A DNA stretch of 64,000 nt, from positions 103,106 through 167,105 of the forward strand of contig CAKVLR010000003.1 in NCBI GenBank assembly GCA_934757855.1. Direction: 5' to 3'. The notes under the pieces were generated by a model, which was given only the letters and a program-made list of their open reading frames with translations, was not told the DNA's origin and did not search any database. Positions 19,265 through 28,160 of the stretch are shown here, one piece after another. The position numbers and the translations under genes were made by a program. Within the stretch, counting starts at the first letter, position 1. Each line of letters opens with the position of its first letter. This stretch comes from an uncultured Clostridia bacterium (GTDB taxonomy: Bacteria > Bacillota > Clostridia > Christensenellales > UBA1242).

Positions 19265-19392
19265 AAAAATTATTGCACAAAGAAAGAAGTGGATAGACCT
19301 ACTACCCACTTCAATATCAAAAAATTAAGATATTAACCAAATCTAGGTATCCCGACTGGTGAGAAGTGAGTGCTTCTTCTTTGTAACATACT
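19265..19392 (-). promoter_or_regulatory. infC-rpmI-rplT leader with a terminator-type attenuator (L20-leader-like)
   Basis: About 125 nt of untranslated leader. It holds an 11-bp hairpin GAAGTGGGTAG-TAGGT-CTATCCACTTC (19312-19286) followed by UUUCUUUGU just before the RBS. This position and logic match the L20-regulated attenuator of Firmicutes. I cannot confirm the covariance-model match by eye. Confidence 0.5.
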
Positions 19393-19397
19393 CAAAT

Positions 19398-19426
19398 ATT
19401 CTATCATTAAAAATAATATTTGTCAA
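19398..19426 (-). promoter_or_regulatory. Sigma-A promoter for the infC operon
   Basis: On the minus strand: TTGACA (19426-19421), 17 nt, then TAGAAT (19403-19398), preceded by TGa. Confidence 0.65.
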
Positions 19427-19501
19427 GTAGTTTATCTAATTTATTTTGTTGCATACAATTATTTTATTTGATTTTTGCCTTTTTGATACTAATTTCTTCA
19501 A

Positions 19502-20569
19502 TTATTTCAATTCAATACTAGGCAATGCCGAAATATTTAAGTCCGCAGGTTCCTCTGTCATCACCTGATAATAAGCGACCGAACCTATCATACCTGCGTT
19601 GTCTGTACAAAACTCAATCGGTGGAAAATATAGAGAAATGCCTAAATCTTTACACTTTTCGGTCAGTGAGCCTCTAAGGTATGAGTTGGCAGCGACCCCA
19701 CCCGCTAGCACCAACTTATTTTGTCCAAATTCTTTGCACGCACGCAAAACTTTTGCCGTAAGCATATCGATAGCCTCGTGCTGGAACGATGAACAAATTT
19801 GCGGAATATCTATTTTCTCTCCGTTTTGCTCTAGTCTATGCACATAATTAATTACTGCTGTTTTTAGCCCACTAAAACTTACATTATAACTATTAGCAAG
19901 TGTATCGTTATGTACAAATTTAATTTTGGGCTCGACACCTTGTGCTAGTCTATCGACTTTGACACCGCCTGGGTATTCTAGCCCCATAATTCTTGCGACC
20001 TTGTCGTACGCCTCGCCGATTGCATCATCTTGAGTTGAACCTATCAAAGTAAAATGATTGTAGTCATCAACATTTACGATTGCAGTATGCCCGCCACTAG
20101 TAATTAGACAAATAAACGGAGGCTCTAATTCTGGAAAAGCAATATAATTTGCAGAAATATGACCTTTTATGTGATTTACTGCAATTAAAGGCTTATCAAG
20201 CGCATAACTAAGCGCTTTTGCGGTCGTAAGTCCTACTAGCAATGCTCCCACTAACCCCGCGCCTTGCGTTACACCTATTGCGTCAATATCATCAAAAGTA
20301 AGCCCAGCGCTCGACAATGCTTGGTCAACAAGCGGAATAATATTTAATATATGATTTCTGCTCGCAATCTCAGGCACGACCCCACCAAAATGGCGGTGAA
20401 TTTCTATTTGCGAAGAAATAATGTTGCTTAGCACTTTTCTTCCGTTCACTACGACCGCTACACTTGTTTCATCACAACTACTTTCAATCGCAAGAATTGT
20501 GACTTCCTTTTTTTGCCTAATTGCCTTTACTTTTTGTGACATTCTCTCCAAATATGACACTTTACTCAC
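19502..20569 (-). CDS. tsaD: tRNA N6-adenosine threonylcarbamoyltransferase TsaD
   Basis: ILAIESSCDETSVAVV... and HIKGH motifs of the Kae1/TsaD family. The exact start is uncertain (GTG 20569 or a downstream codon). Confidence 0.9.
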   Translation of the reverse strand: MSKVSYLERMSQKVKAIRQKKEVTILAIESSCDETSVAVVVNGRKVLSNIISSQIEIHRHFGGVVPEIASRNHILNIIPLVDQALSSAGLTFDDIDAIGVTQGAGLVGALLVGLTTAKALSYALDKPLIAVNHIKGHISANYIAFPELEPPFICLITSGGHTAIVNVDDYNHFTLIGSTQDDAIGEAYDKVARIMGLEYPGGVKVDRLAQGVEPKIKFVHNDTLANSYNVSFSGLKTAVINYVHRLEQNGEKIDIPQICSSFQHEAIDMLTAKVLRACKEFGQNKLVLAGGVAANSYLRGSLTEKCKDLGISLYFPPIEFCTDNAGMIGSVAYYQVMTEEPADLNISALPSIELK

Positions 20570-20582
20570 CTAAATTTAATTT

Positions 20583-21680
20583 TTAATTGCTTTTCTTTAA
20601 ATATTCAAAAATAAAGTCTTGAATATCTCCATTCATAACCGCTTCGACATTGCTTGTTTCAAAATCTGTCCTATGGTCTTTTACCATTGTATATGGACAA
20701 AAGACATAACTGCGAATTTGACTGCCCCATTCAATTTTTTTGAGGCTACCTTGCACTTGTTTGAGGTTCGCTTGATGCTCCTCTTCCACAAGTTGCGCGA
20801 GTTTTGCACGCAAAACCTTCATAGCCGATTCTTTGTTTTGCACTTGACTGCGTTCGTTTTGACATTGCACCACAATTCCAGTAGGTATATGCCTAATACG
20901 AATTGCTGAGTCGGTGGTATTTACACCTTGCCCGCCACAACCGCCACTATGGAAAGTGTCGATTTTTAGGTCGCTTTCTTTGATTTCGACTTCATTGTCA
21001 TTTTCAATTTGTGGCATAACCTCAACAGAAGCAAAACTTGTATGCCTACGCGCGTTGCTATCAAATGGCGAAATTCGCACCAGCCTATGCACGCCTCGCT
21101 CTGCCTTCAAAAATCCGTATACATTCTCGCCGTCAATTTTGATAGTAGCACCTTTTATACCAGCACCGTCACCAGCGGTATAGTCTAATGTGGTACATTC
21201 ATAGCCTTGCTTTTCAGCATAACGCGTGTACATTCTCAATAACATTTCAGCCCAGTCTTGCGCTTCCGTACCACCCGCCCCCGCTTGAACAGTCAAAATA
21301 GCACCCAGCCTATCATATTTCCCGCGCAAAAGTGCCGTAAGTCGCATATTCTCAATTTTTTGCGAAAGCGAACTCAACTCCTCGCTCAAAACTTGCAACA
21401 TTTCATCATCATTTTCGCCACATTCACTAGACAAATCATTCACCGCCGTAAATCTATCTTCGACATCTTTTATATCTTTTATCTTTTTGTCCAAAGCGCT
21501 TATAGCCTTACCCACCCTCTGCACTTCTTTCATATCATTGTAAAAATCAGGTTGCGCTTGCTTGTCTAGCAACTTAGCCCTTTCTTGTTCTAGTTTATTA
21601 ATGTCAAAAACCGCTCGAATAATATCCAGCGATTTTTGATTTGTGATTAAATTTTCTTTGATTTGCTCTAAATTCATCAT
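20583..21680 (-). CDS. prfB: Peptide chain release factor 2, encoded in a single frame
   Basis: SPF tripeptide (RISPFDSNARRHTSFASVEV) and GGQ (HSGGCGGQGVN). The N-terminal region is continuous, so no +1 frameshift is needed. ATG 21680 is preferred over TTG 21689. Confidence 0.9.
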   Translation of the reverse strand: MMNLEQIKENLITNQKSLDIIRAVFDINKLEQERAKLLDKQAQPDFYNDMKEVQRVGKAISALDKKIKDIKDVEDRFTAVNDLSSECGENDDEMLQVLSEELSSLSQKIENMRLTALLRGKYDRLGAILTVQAGAGGTEAQDWAEMLLRMYTRYAEKQGYECTTLDYTAGDGAGIKGATIKIDGENVYGFLKAERGVHRLVRISPFDSNARRHTSFASVEVMPQIENDNEVEIKESDLKIDTFHSGGCGGQGVNTTDSAIRIRHIPTGIVVQCQNERSQVQNKESAMKVLRAKLAQLVEEEHQANLKQVQGSLKKIEWGSQIRSYVFCPYTMVKDHRTDFETSNVEAVMNGDIQDFIFEYLKKSN

Positions 21681-21697
21681 ATATTCCAAATTAATCT

Positions 21698-24391
21698 TTA
21701 CTCTGTCTTACCACAGCAATTTTTGTACTTTTTGCCACTTCCGCAAGGACAAGGGTCGTTTCTACCAACGGTTTTATCTGATTTTACCCCGCCGTTTGCT
21801 TTTTCAGTATTTCCACCAGCACTTGCTACAAAATCACCCTTAGGGCGCACTGGTTGAGGTGTTGCTGGTCTAGCAACAATATTTAACAATACTGTACAAG
21901 TAAATTCACGAATGTTACCTATCATTTCATCAAACATTGCAAAACCTTCACGCTTGTACGCTACAATAGGGTCTTGTCTACCCAACGATTGAACAACGAT
22001 TTCACGGCTAAGCGTTGTCATTGCATCAATGTGTTCCATCCACGAATTATCTACTTTGTCTAGCAAAATCATACGCTCAACTTCTTCAAATGGAATACCC
22101 AAACTCTCGATTTCTGCCTTTTTAGCCTCGTAACGCTTTAATACATCTTTGAGAATAAAGTCGTTGAGTTCCTCATAAACAGTATCTTCAAGCATTTCCT
22201 CGGTGACAATATTTGTACCTTTTGGATATAATTTATCCTCTAATGAGTGGTTGATTTCCTCCAAATTCCATTCAAAACTTGGTTTGTCCATATCAACGCT
22301 TGCCATTAAGGCTGTACTTACTACATCTGGGAACATTTGCTTAATTTGTTCGTGTACATCTTCGCCATCAAGAATTTTGTTACGCTCGGTATAAATAATG
22401 TTACGCTGTTTATTGATAACATCGTCAAATTCCAACACATTTCTTCTGCTCGCATAGTTGCGCGCTTCTACTTTCTTTTGCGCACGCTCAATTTGCTTTG
22501 AAAGCATTTTCATTTGGAATGGAGTGTCCTCATCAATCTTGAAGAAATTGCTTACAGATTTGATTCTATCTCCACCAAAAATACGCACCAAATCATCTTC
22601 TAATGAGATATAAAAAACGCTTCGACCTGGGTCACCTTGACGACCTGCACGACCACGCAACTGGTTGTCAATACGGCGTGATTCGTGGCGTTCTGTACCC
22701 ACAACGAGCAAACCGCCGAGTTCCACAACTTTTTTCTTTTCTTCATCAGTTTCTTTTTTGTAATGCGCTAAGAAATTGTCATAATTTTCTTTCGCTTCTA
22801 GCACTTTTTCATCTTCGCTAGGCAAGAAACTTGTTGCTTGGTCGATAATATCTTGGTCATAACCCAGTTTGTATAATTGCGCTTTTGCCAAGTATTCAGG
22901 GTTACCACCTAGCAAAATGTCTGTACCACGACCAGCCATATTTGTAGCAATAGTTACCGTCTTTACTCTACCAGCCTGTGCCACAATTTCAGCCTCTTGC
23001 GCGTGGTTTTTGGCGTTTAATACTTTGTGTGGAATTCCTTTTTCTTTGAGCATTTTACTCAAAAGTTCACTGCGGTCGATAGTAACAGTACCCACAAGCA
23101 CTGGCTGACCTTTTTCGTATGCTTCCGCAATTCTTTGTACAACTGCACGAAGTTTACCATTGATAGTTGTATAGATAATGTCTGGCTCATCAATCCTAAT
23201 CATAGGCAAGTTTGTAGGAATGGTAACAATATCGAGGTTGTAGATTTTGTTAAATTCTGTTTCCTCTGTCTTTGCAGTACCAGTCATACCACTGAGTTTG
23301 TGATACATTTTAAAGTAGTTTTGCAAAGTAATAGTGGCAACTGTTAGCAATTCATCTTTAACTTGCAAGCCTTCCTTTGCCTCAATCGCTTGATGCAAAC
23401 CATTGCTATAACGCCTACCTTCCATAATACGACCTGTAAACTGGTCAACAATCAATACCTTTCCATCGCGCACGATGTAGTCGCTCTCAGCCTTCATAAT
23501 AAAGTTTGCACGCAAAGCGTTCAAAATGTGCTGGTTGAGTTCGACATTACCCGCATCACTAAGACTTTCAACATTAAAGAAATTTTCCGCCTTGTCTGTA
23601 CCTTGCTCGGTTAAATGAACGGCTTTCTTTTCTTCGTCAATTACATAGTCTTCATCACGCTTTAAGTTACGGATAAATCTTTGCGCCTTTACATATACAT
23701 CACTTGATTTAAAGCCTCTACCACTGATAATAAGAGGGTTTCTAGCCTCATCAATAAGAATACTATCTACCTCATCGACAATGGCAAAATTGTAGCCTCT
23801 ACCCATACGGTCTTTTTTGTTCCTAACGAGGTTATCTCTTAGATAGTCAAATGCAAGTTCGTTATTTGTACTATAAGTAATATCACAAAGATATGCTTTG
23901 CGCTTTTGTTCTGCTGTCATATTGCTAAAACTACAACCAACAGTCAAGCCCAAAAATCTGTAAACTTTACCCATAATTTCAGCGCCCAAGCCCGCCAAAT
24001 ATTCGTTTACGGTTACTACATGGACACCTTTTCCTGACAAAGCATTTAAGTATGCGGGCAATGTAGCAACGATAGTCTTACCTTCACCTGTCATCATTTC
24101 GGCAATACGCCCTTGGTGCAACACAATACCACCCATTAATTGATAGTGAAAGTGGCGCATATTAAGTACTCTTGTGCTAGCCTCTCTTACAACAGCAAAA
24201 GCATCGTAAAGAATATCATCTAGCGTTTCGCCGTTTGCAAGTCTTTCCTTTAAGATAGGAGTTTGCGCACGCAAAGTGTCATTGTCCATATCTGCATATT
24301 TAGGTGCAAGTTCTTCAATTTTTTGCACCATTTTTTCTAGTTTTGCAATATTGCGTTTGTTGTCTGACGCAAATAAAGTAAAAATTCCCAT
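21698..24391 (-). CDS. secA: Preprotein translocase ATPase SecA
   Basis: 897 aa. DEAD-like motor motifs (MMTGEGKT, VDEVDSILIDEA) and a C-terminal zinc-binding tail CPCGSGKKYKNCCG. Confidence 0.95.
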   Translation of the reverse strand: MGIFTLFASDNKRNIAKLEKMVQKIEELAPKYADMDNDTLRAQTPILKERLANGETLDDILYDAFAVVREASTRVLNMRHFHYQLMGGIVLHQGRIAEMMTGEGKTIVATLPAYLNALSGKGVHVVTVNEYLAGLGAEIMGKVYRFLGLTVGCSFSNMTAEQKRKAYLCDITYSTNNELAFDYLRDNLVRNKKDRMGRGYNFAIVDEVDSILIDEARNPLIISGRGFKSSDVYVKAQRFIRNLKRDEDYVIDEEKKAVHLTEQGTDKAENFFNVESLSDAGNVELNQHILNALRANFIMKAESDYIVRDGKVLIVDQFTGRIMEGRRYSNGLHQAIEAKEGLQVKDELLTVATITLQNYFKMYHKLSGMTGTAKTEETEFNKIYNLDIVTIPTNLPMIRIDEPDIIYTTINGKLRAVVQRIAEAYEKGQPVLVGTVTIDRSELLSKMLKEKGIPHKVLNAKNHAQEAEIVAQAGRVKTVTIATNMAGRGTDILLGGNPEYLAKAQLYKLGYDQDIIDQATSFLPSEDEKVLEAKENYDNFLAHYKKETDEEKKKVVELGGLLVVGTERHESRRIDNQLRGRAGRQGDPGRSVFYISLEDDLVRIFGGDRIKSVSNFFKIDEDTPFQMKMLSKQIERAQKKVEARNYASRRNVLEFDDVINKQRNIIYTERNKILDGEDVHEQIKQMFPDVVSTALMASVDMDKPSFEWNLEEINHSLEDKLYPKGTNIVTEEMLEDTVYEELNDFILKDVLKRYEAKKAEIESLGIPFEEVERMILLDKVDNSWMEHIDAMTTLSREIVVQSLGRQDPIVAYKREGFAMFDEMIGNIREFTCTVLLNIVARPATPQPVRPKGDFVASAGGNTEKANGGVKSDKTVGRNDPCPCGSGKKYKNCCGKTE

Positions 24392-24468
24392 ATATTTTCT
24401 ATACTCCTAATATCTAGAATAGTTAAAGTCATTATATACTAAAACAAAAAATTTGAAAAGTCTTTTGA

Positions 24469-25329
24469 CTAATTATTTCCATTTTTTGAGTCTTTTACCC
24501 TATTTTCTGCGGGTATTTCTTGTAAACCGTGAGCAATAGTTAGTACTAAAACACGGTCGGCGTGTGCCTTTTTCAACACATTTGCACAAGCATTTGCGGT
24601 AGCGCCAGTTGTCATTACATCATCAACTAGCAAAATTTTCTTCCCACGCACAGCGTATTTGTCTAGTACTTTAAAACTCTCGCGCAAATTATTTCGCCTC
24701 TCCACCATAGATAAGTGCGTTTGCGAATCGGTATCTTTTATTTTTACCAAAGTTTCCGTATTTAATGGAACACCCACCGCATCACTCAGTCCATCTGCTA
24801 GCAATTCCGCTTGATTGTAACCTCTCCACTCCTTACGCTTTTTGCTCAAAGGGACAGGAATAATGAGATCAACTTGCCAATCAAGACTCTTGTATAATTC
24901 AGCAAGATAATTTGATAAAGTACGCGACAAATACGGCTTGTTGTTATATTTTAACCCTGCAATCAGCCTTTTTACCTCGTTTTCATATACAAAAACACTA
25001 CGCGCAATATCAAACTCGCGGTCCGTATTTTGACAGTTTAAGCAATACTTTCCCTGTCCTGGGACTACCGCTCCACAACGAGCACAGCACTCACTTTCAG
25101 TAATTTTGTGCAACTTGCATTGGCATTTATCACATACCTCTATGTCTTGCTTTTGCTTTAAATCTTCACCACAAATGATACATTTTATATGCGAAGGGAA
25201 AAACACATTGCAAGCGTGATGATAAAGTTTCACAAACATATTTGCACAATTTCCAAACACATTTGTGCGTTTTTTGTCCGCACCATTTGCGGGCGGTGTC
25301 TTGATTGTATCTATTTTTTCTGTACTCAT
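24469..25329 (-). CDS. comFC: ComF family protein (ComFC-like phosphoribosyltransferase with an N-terminal zinc-finger region)
   Basis: Paired CxxC motifs at the N-terminus. C-terminal PRTase motif ILLVDDVMTTGAT. Confidence 0.8.
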   Translation of the reverse strand: MSTEKIDTIKTPPANGADKKRTNVFGNCANMFVKLYHHACNVFFPSHIKCIICGEDLKQKQDIEVCDKCQCKLHKITESECCARCGAVVPGQGKYCLNCQNTDREFDIARSVFVYENEVKRLIAGLKYNNKPYLSRTLSNYLAELYKSLDWQVDLIIPVPLSKKRKEWRGYNQAELLADGLSDAVGVPLNTETLVKIKDTDSQTHLSMVERRNNLRESFKVLDKYAVRGKKILLVDDVMTTGATANACANVLKKAHADRVLVLTIAHGLQEIPAENRVKDSKNGNN

Positions 25330-27572
25330 CTAAAGCCCTCCAAGTTTTTCGCTTGTTTTTGTAAAAATATGCCTAGCGCGCTGTATCTTTTGGCTGTGTA
25401 GTTGTTTTTTACCATCATTGCGATATTCTTCTTGCTCCCCACAAGCACGACCATTCGTTTTGCTCGCGTAACTGCGGTATAAAGCAAATTTCTTGTCAAA
25501 ATACTACTAGCACCCGCAATTATTGGAATAATTACCACATCAAATTCACTACCTTGACTTTTGTGTATAGTGATTGCATAACTAAGACTTAATTGCTTTG
25601 TGTCCTCACGATTGTATTCAGCAACTCTACCATCTTCAAAAGTTACCTCCAAACTGTCAGTTTCGTAATTGACATCAGTAACTGTTCCCATATCGCCATT
25701 AAATACCGCTTCACCAACCTCCCAACTACCGTTTGTGCGAGGTTTTTTCCACATTTGCGTGTAATTATTTGAGGTTTGCATTACTTTATCACCCACACGG
25801 AAAGTAACGAAATCAAGTTTCAATTCTTTTTTGCCGTTTGCGCTAGGATTGATACGATTTTGTAAAATTGTATTTAGATTATCAATGCCGCACACTCCCG
25901 CGCGCATAGGCGCAAGAACTTGAATTTTTTGTGGGCTAATATCTAAAAATTTAGGTATTCGCGTACTCACCATATTGAGTATCGTATTTGCGATTGCATC
26001 TTGGCTATCACGACTTTCAAAAAAGAAATCTGCACTTTTATTGTCAATCAATGGCATATTCCCGTCATTAATTGCGTGAGCGTTTGTGATAATCAAACTC
26101 GACTCGCTTTGCCTATAAATATGTGTAAGTTGCGCGCAAGCAATTTCGTTTGAAGCGATAATATCAGCAAGCACATTCCCCGCCCCCACGCTAGGCAACT
26201 GATTTTTATCTCCAACAAGTATTAGCCTTGTACCAACCTTTAGAGCGGAAAGAAGCGATAGCATTAGATTTACATCAACCATAGATACTTCATCTACAAT
26301 GACCGCATCGTATGGAAATTTGTTTGTTTCATTGTAAAAAAACATTGCAGTATCTTCGCGTGTTGTCCCCTCGTGGAAATCAATCATCAATGCCCTATGA
26401 ATTGTACTTGCTTCTTCCTTGCAACTTTCACTCATTCGCTTTGCTGCGCGCCCAGTTGGAGCAAGCAACGCTATACGCCCGCAACGCTTATTTAATATGC
26501 TCAATATGCATTTTATGATAGTAGTTTTTCCAGTCCCTGGACCACCAGTAATCACGCATACACCGTTGTTTACCGCCATGTCAATAGCGTGTTTTTGGTC
26601 GGCGTGAAATTGTACTTTATTAAAGGTTTCAAACGCTTTTATTTCTTCCGTTAGATCATTTTCAACATCAGTAGCACCTGCATTTAGGGTAAGCAGTTTT
26701 GTAGCGATTTTTATCTCAGTATTATAAAATTTTACAAGCATTAAACAAGGCGTATCGTTAAAATCACAACGCTTTACCACACTTTCCAACACCAACTGGT
26801 CGATAACCCCGCTCAACGCATCTAACCTATCCATTATTTCGATATTTAGTAGCGCGCTTAGCAAAGTATAGACCTCTTCCATAGGTAGATAAGTGTTACC
26901 ATCGTGTTCGCTTGTTTCATTCAATATATATATAAGTCCCGCGCGCAATCTATATTCGCTATCATCAGGAATACCCACATTTAAGGCAATCTTATCGGCA
27001 GTCTTAAATCCAACTCGCGACATATCTTCTACCAGTTGATATGGGTTGCTTTTTACAATTTCACGCGCCTCTTCGCCGTATTTATTGAAAATCTTTACCG
27101 CCATATTTGTAGAGATATTGTACCCTTGCAAAAATATAACTACATCTTGCATATTGCGTAATTTTTGAAATTCTTGACCGATTTCGTACGCCTTTTTAGG
27201 GTTGATACCTCTAACTTGCGCAAGTTTTAGCGGACTTAATTCGATAACATCAAGAGTAGCCGTGCCAAAAGTATCTACAATCTTTTTTGCAGTTACAGGT
27301 CCTATTCCTTTTATCAACCCACTTGACAAAAAACGGACTATGCCGTCTTCGTTTTTAGGTTCTTGCAAAGTGTAAGTTTCTACTCTAAATTGCTCGCCAA
27401 AGCGCGCATCAGTGATGAAATTTCCAGTAGCAGTAATCTCTTGACCTTGAAAAATTGATGAAAGTTTGCCAACAATAGTAATGATTTCACGGTTAGCAGA
27501 AACACGAGCGACCGTAAAGCCGTTCTCTTTGTTTTGAAAAACAATATTCTCCACTATTCCCTTTAATACCAT
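25326..27572 (-). CDS. recD2: ATP-dependent RecD-like DNA helicase (RecD2, SF1B)
   Basis: 748 aa. Walker A ITGGPGTGKTT, VIVDEVSMV, and C-terminal YAITIHKSQGSEF and TAVTRAK motifs. Confidence 0.85.
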   Translation of the reverse strand: MVLKGIVENIVFQNKENGFTVARVSANREIITIVGKLSSIFQGQEITATGNFITDARFGEQFRVETYTLQEPKNEDGIVRFLSSGLIKGIGPVTAKKIVDTFGTATLDVIELSPLKLAQVRGINPKKAYEIGQEFQKLRNMQDVVIFLQGYNISTNMAVKIFNKYGEEAREIVKSNPYQLVEDMSRVGFKTADKIALNVGIPDDSEYRLRAGLIYILNETSEHDGNTYLPMEEVYTLLSALLNIEIMDRLDALSGVIDQLVLESVVKRCDFNDTPCLMLVKFYNTEIKIATKLLTLNAGATDVENDLTEEIKAFETFNKVQFHADQKHAIDMAVNNGVCVITGGPGTGKTTIIKCILSILNKRCGRIALLAPTGRAAKRMSESCKEEASTIHRALMIDFHEGTTREDTAMFFYNETNKFPYDAVIVDEVSMVDVNLMLSLLSALKVGTRLILVGDKNQLPSVGAGNVLADIIASNEIACAQLTHIYRQSESSLIITNAHAINDGNMPLIDNKSADFFFESRDSQDAIANTILNMVSTRIPKFLDISPQKIQVLAPMRAGVCGIDNLNTILQNRINPSANGKKELKLDFVTFRVGDKVMQTSNNYTQMWKKPRTNGSWEVGEAVFNGDMGTVTDVNYETDSLEVTFEDGRVAEYNREDTKQLSLSYAITIHKSQGSEFDVVIIPIIAGASSILTRNLLYTAVTRAKRMVVLVGSKKNIAMMVKNNYTAKRYSALGIFLQKQAKNLEGFR

Positions 27573-27575
27573 TAC

Positions 27576-28160
27576 TTACTCACTTTTTATATTTTCAATT
27601 TCCACCCAAATTTTGTCAATACCGCTTTTATCTTGCGAACTGATAGGCAAAATATTGTCTTTGCCTATACTCAACTCGTTTGCAATAATAGTGATATGCT
27701 TGTCAATTTGTCCGCGCGAAATTTTGTCTAGTTTGGTTGCAATCACGCTAAATGGAATATTGTAATAATACAAATATTCTAGCATTTGCTTGTCTTTTTC
27801 ATTAGGTTTATGCCTAATATCTACCAACACAAACACTCGCTTTAAATTTTGGCTACATTCCAGGTATGTGCCTATCAATTTTTGCCATTTTGCTTGCTCT
27901 TGTTTGCTGGCTTGTGCAAAGCCATACCCTGGTAAATCAACCAACATCAATTCATTATTAATATCAAAATAATTAATTAATCTAGTTCTCCCCGGTGTGC
28001 TACTCGCTTTTGCAAGTTTGTTTCGCTTGGTCATAGCATTAATTAGGCTAGATTTACCCACATTACTACGCCCGACAAAAGCAAATTCAGGCAAGCAAAA
28101 ATCTTTTAATTGTCCTACACTCGCTACACTTGTCACAAATTCCGCAGACTTAATAATCAT
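27576..28160 (-). CDS. engB: Ribosome biogenesis GTP-binding protein YsxC/EngB
   Basis: GRSNVGKSSLINA, DLPGYG and TKLDK motifs. Downstream of lon, as in Bacillus. Confidence 0.9.
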   Translation of the reverse strand: MIIKSAEFVTSVASVGQLKDFCLPEFAFVGRSNVGKSSLINAMTKRNKLAKASSTPGRTRLINYFDINNELMLVDLPGYGFAQASKQEQAKWQKLIGTYLECSQNLKRVFVLVDIRHKPNEKDKQMLEYLYYYNIPFSVIATKLDKISRGQIDKHITIIANELSIGKDNILPISSQDKSGIDKIWVEIENIKSE

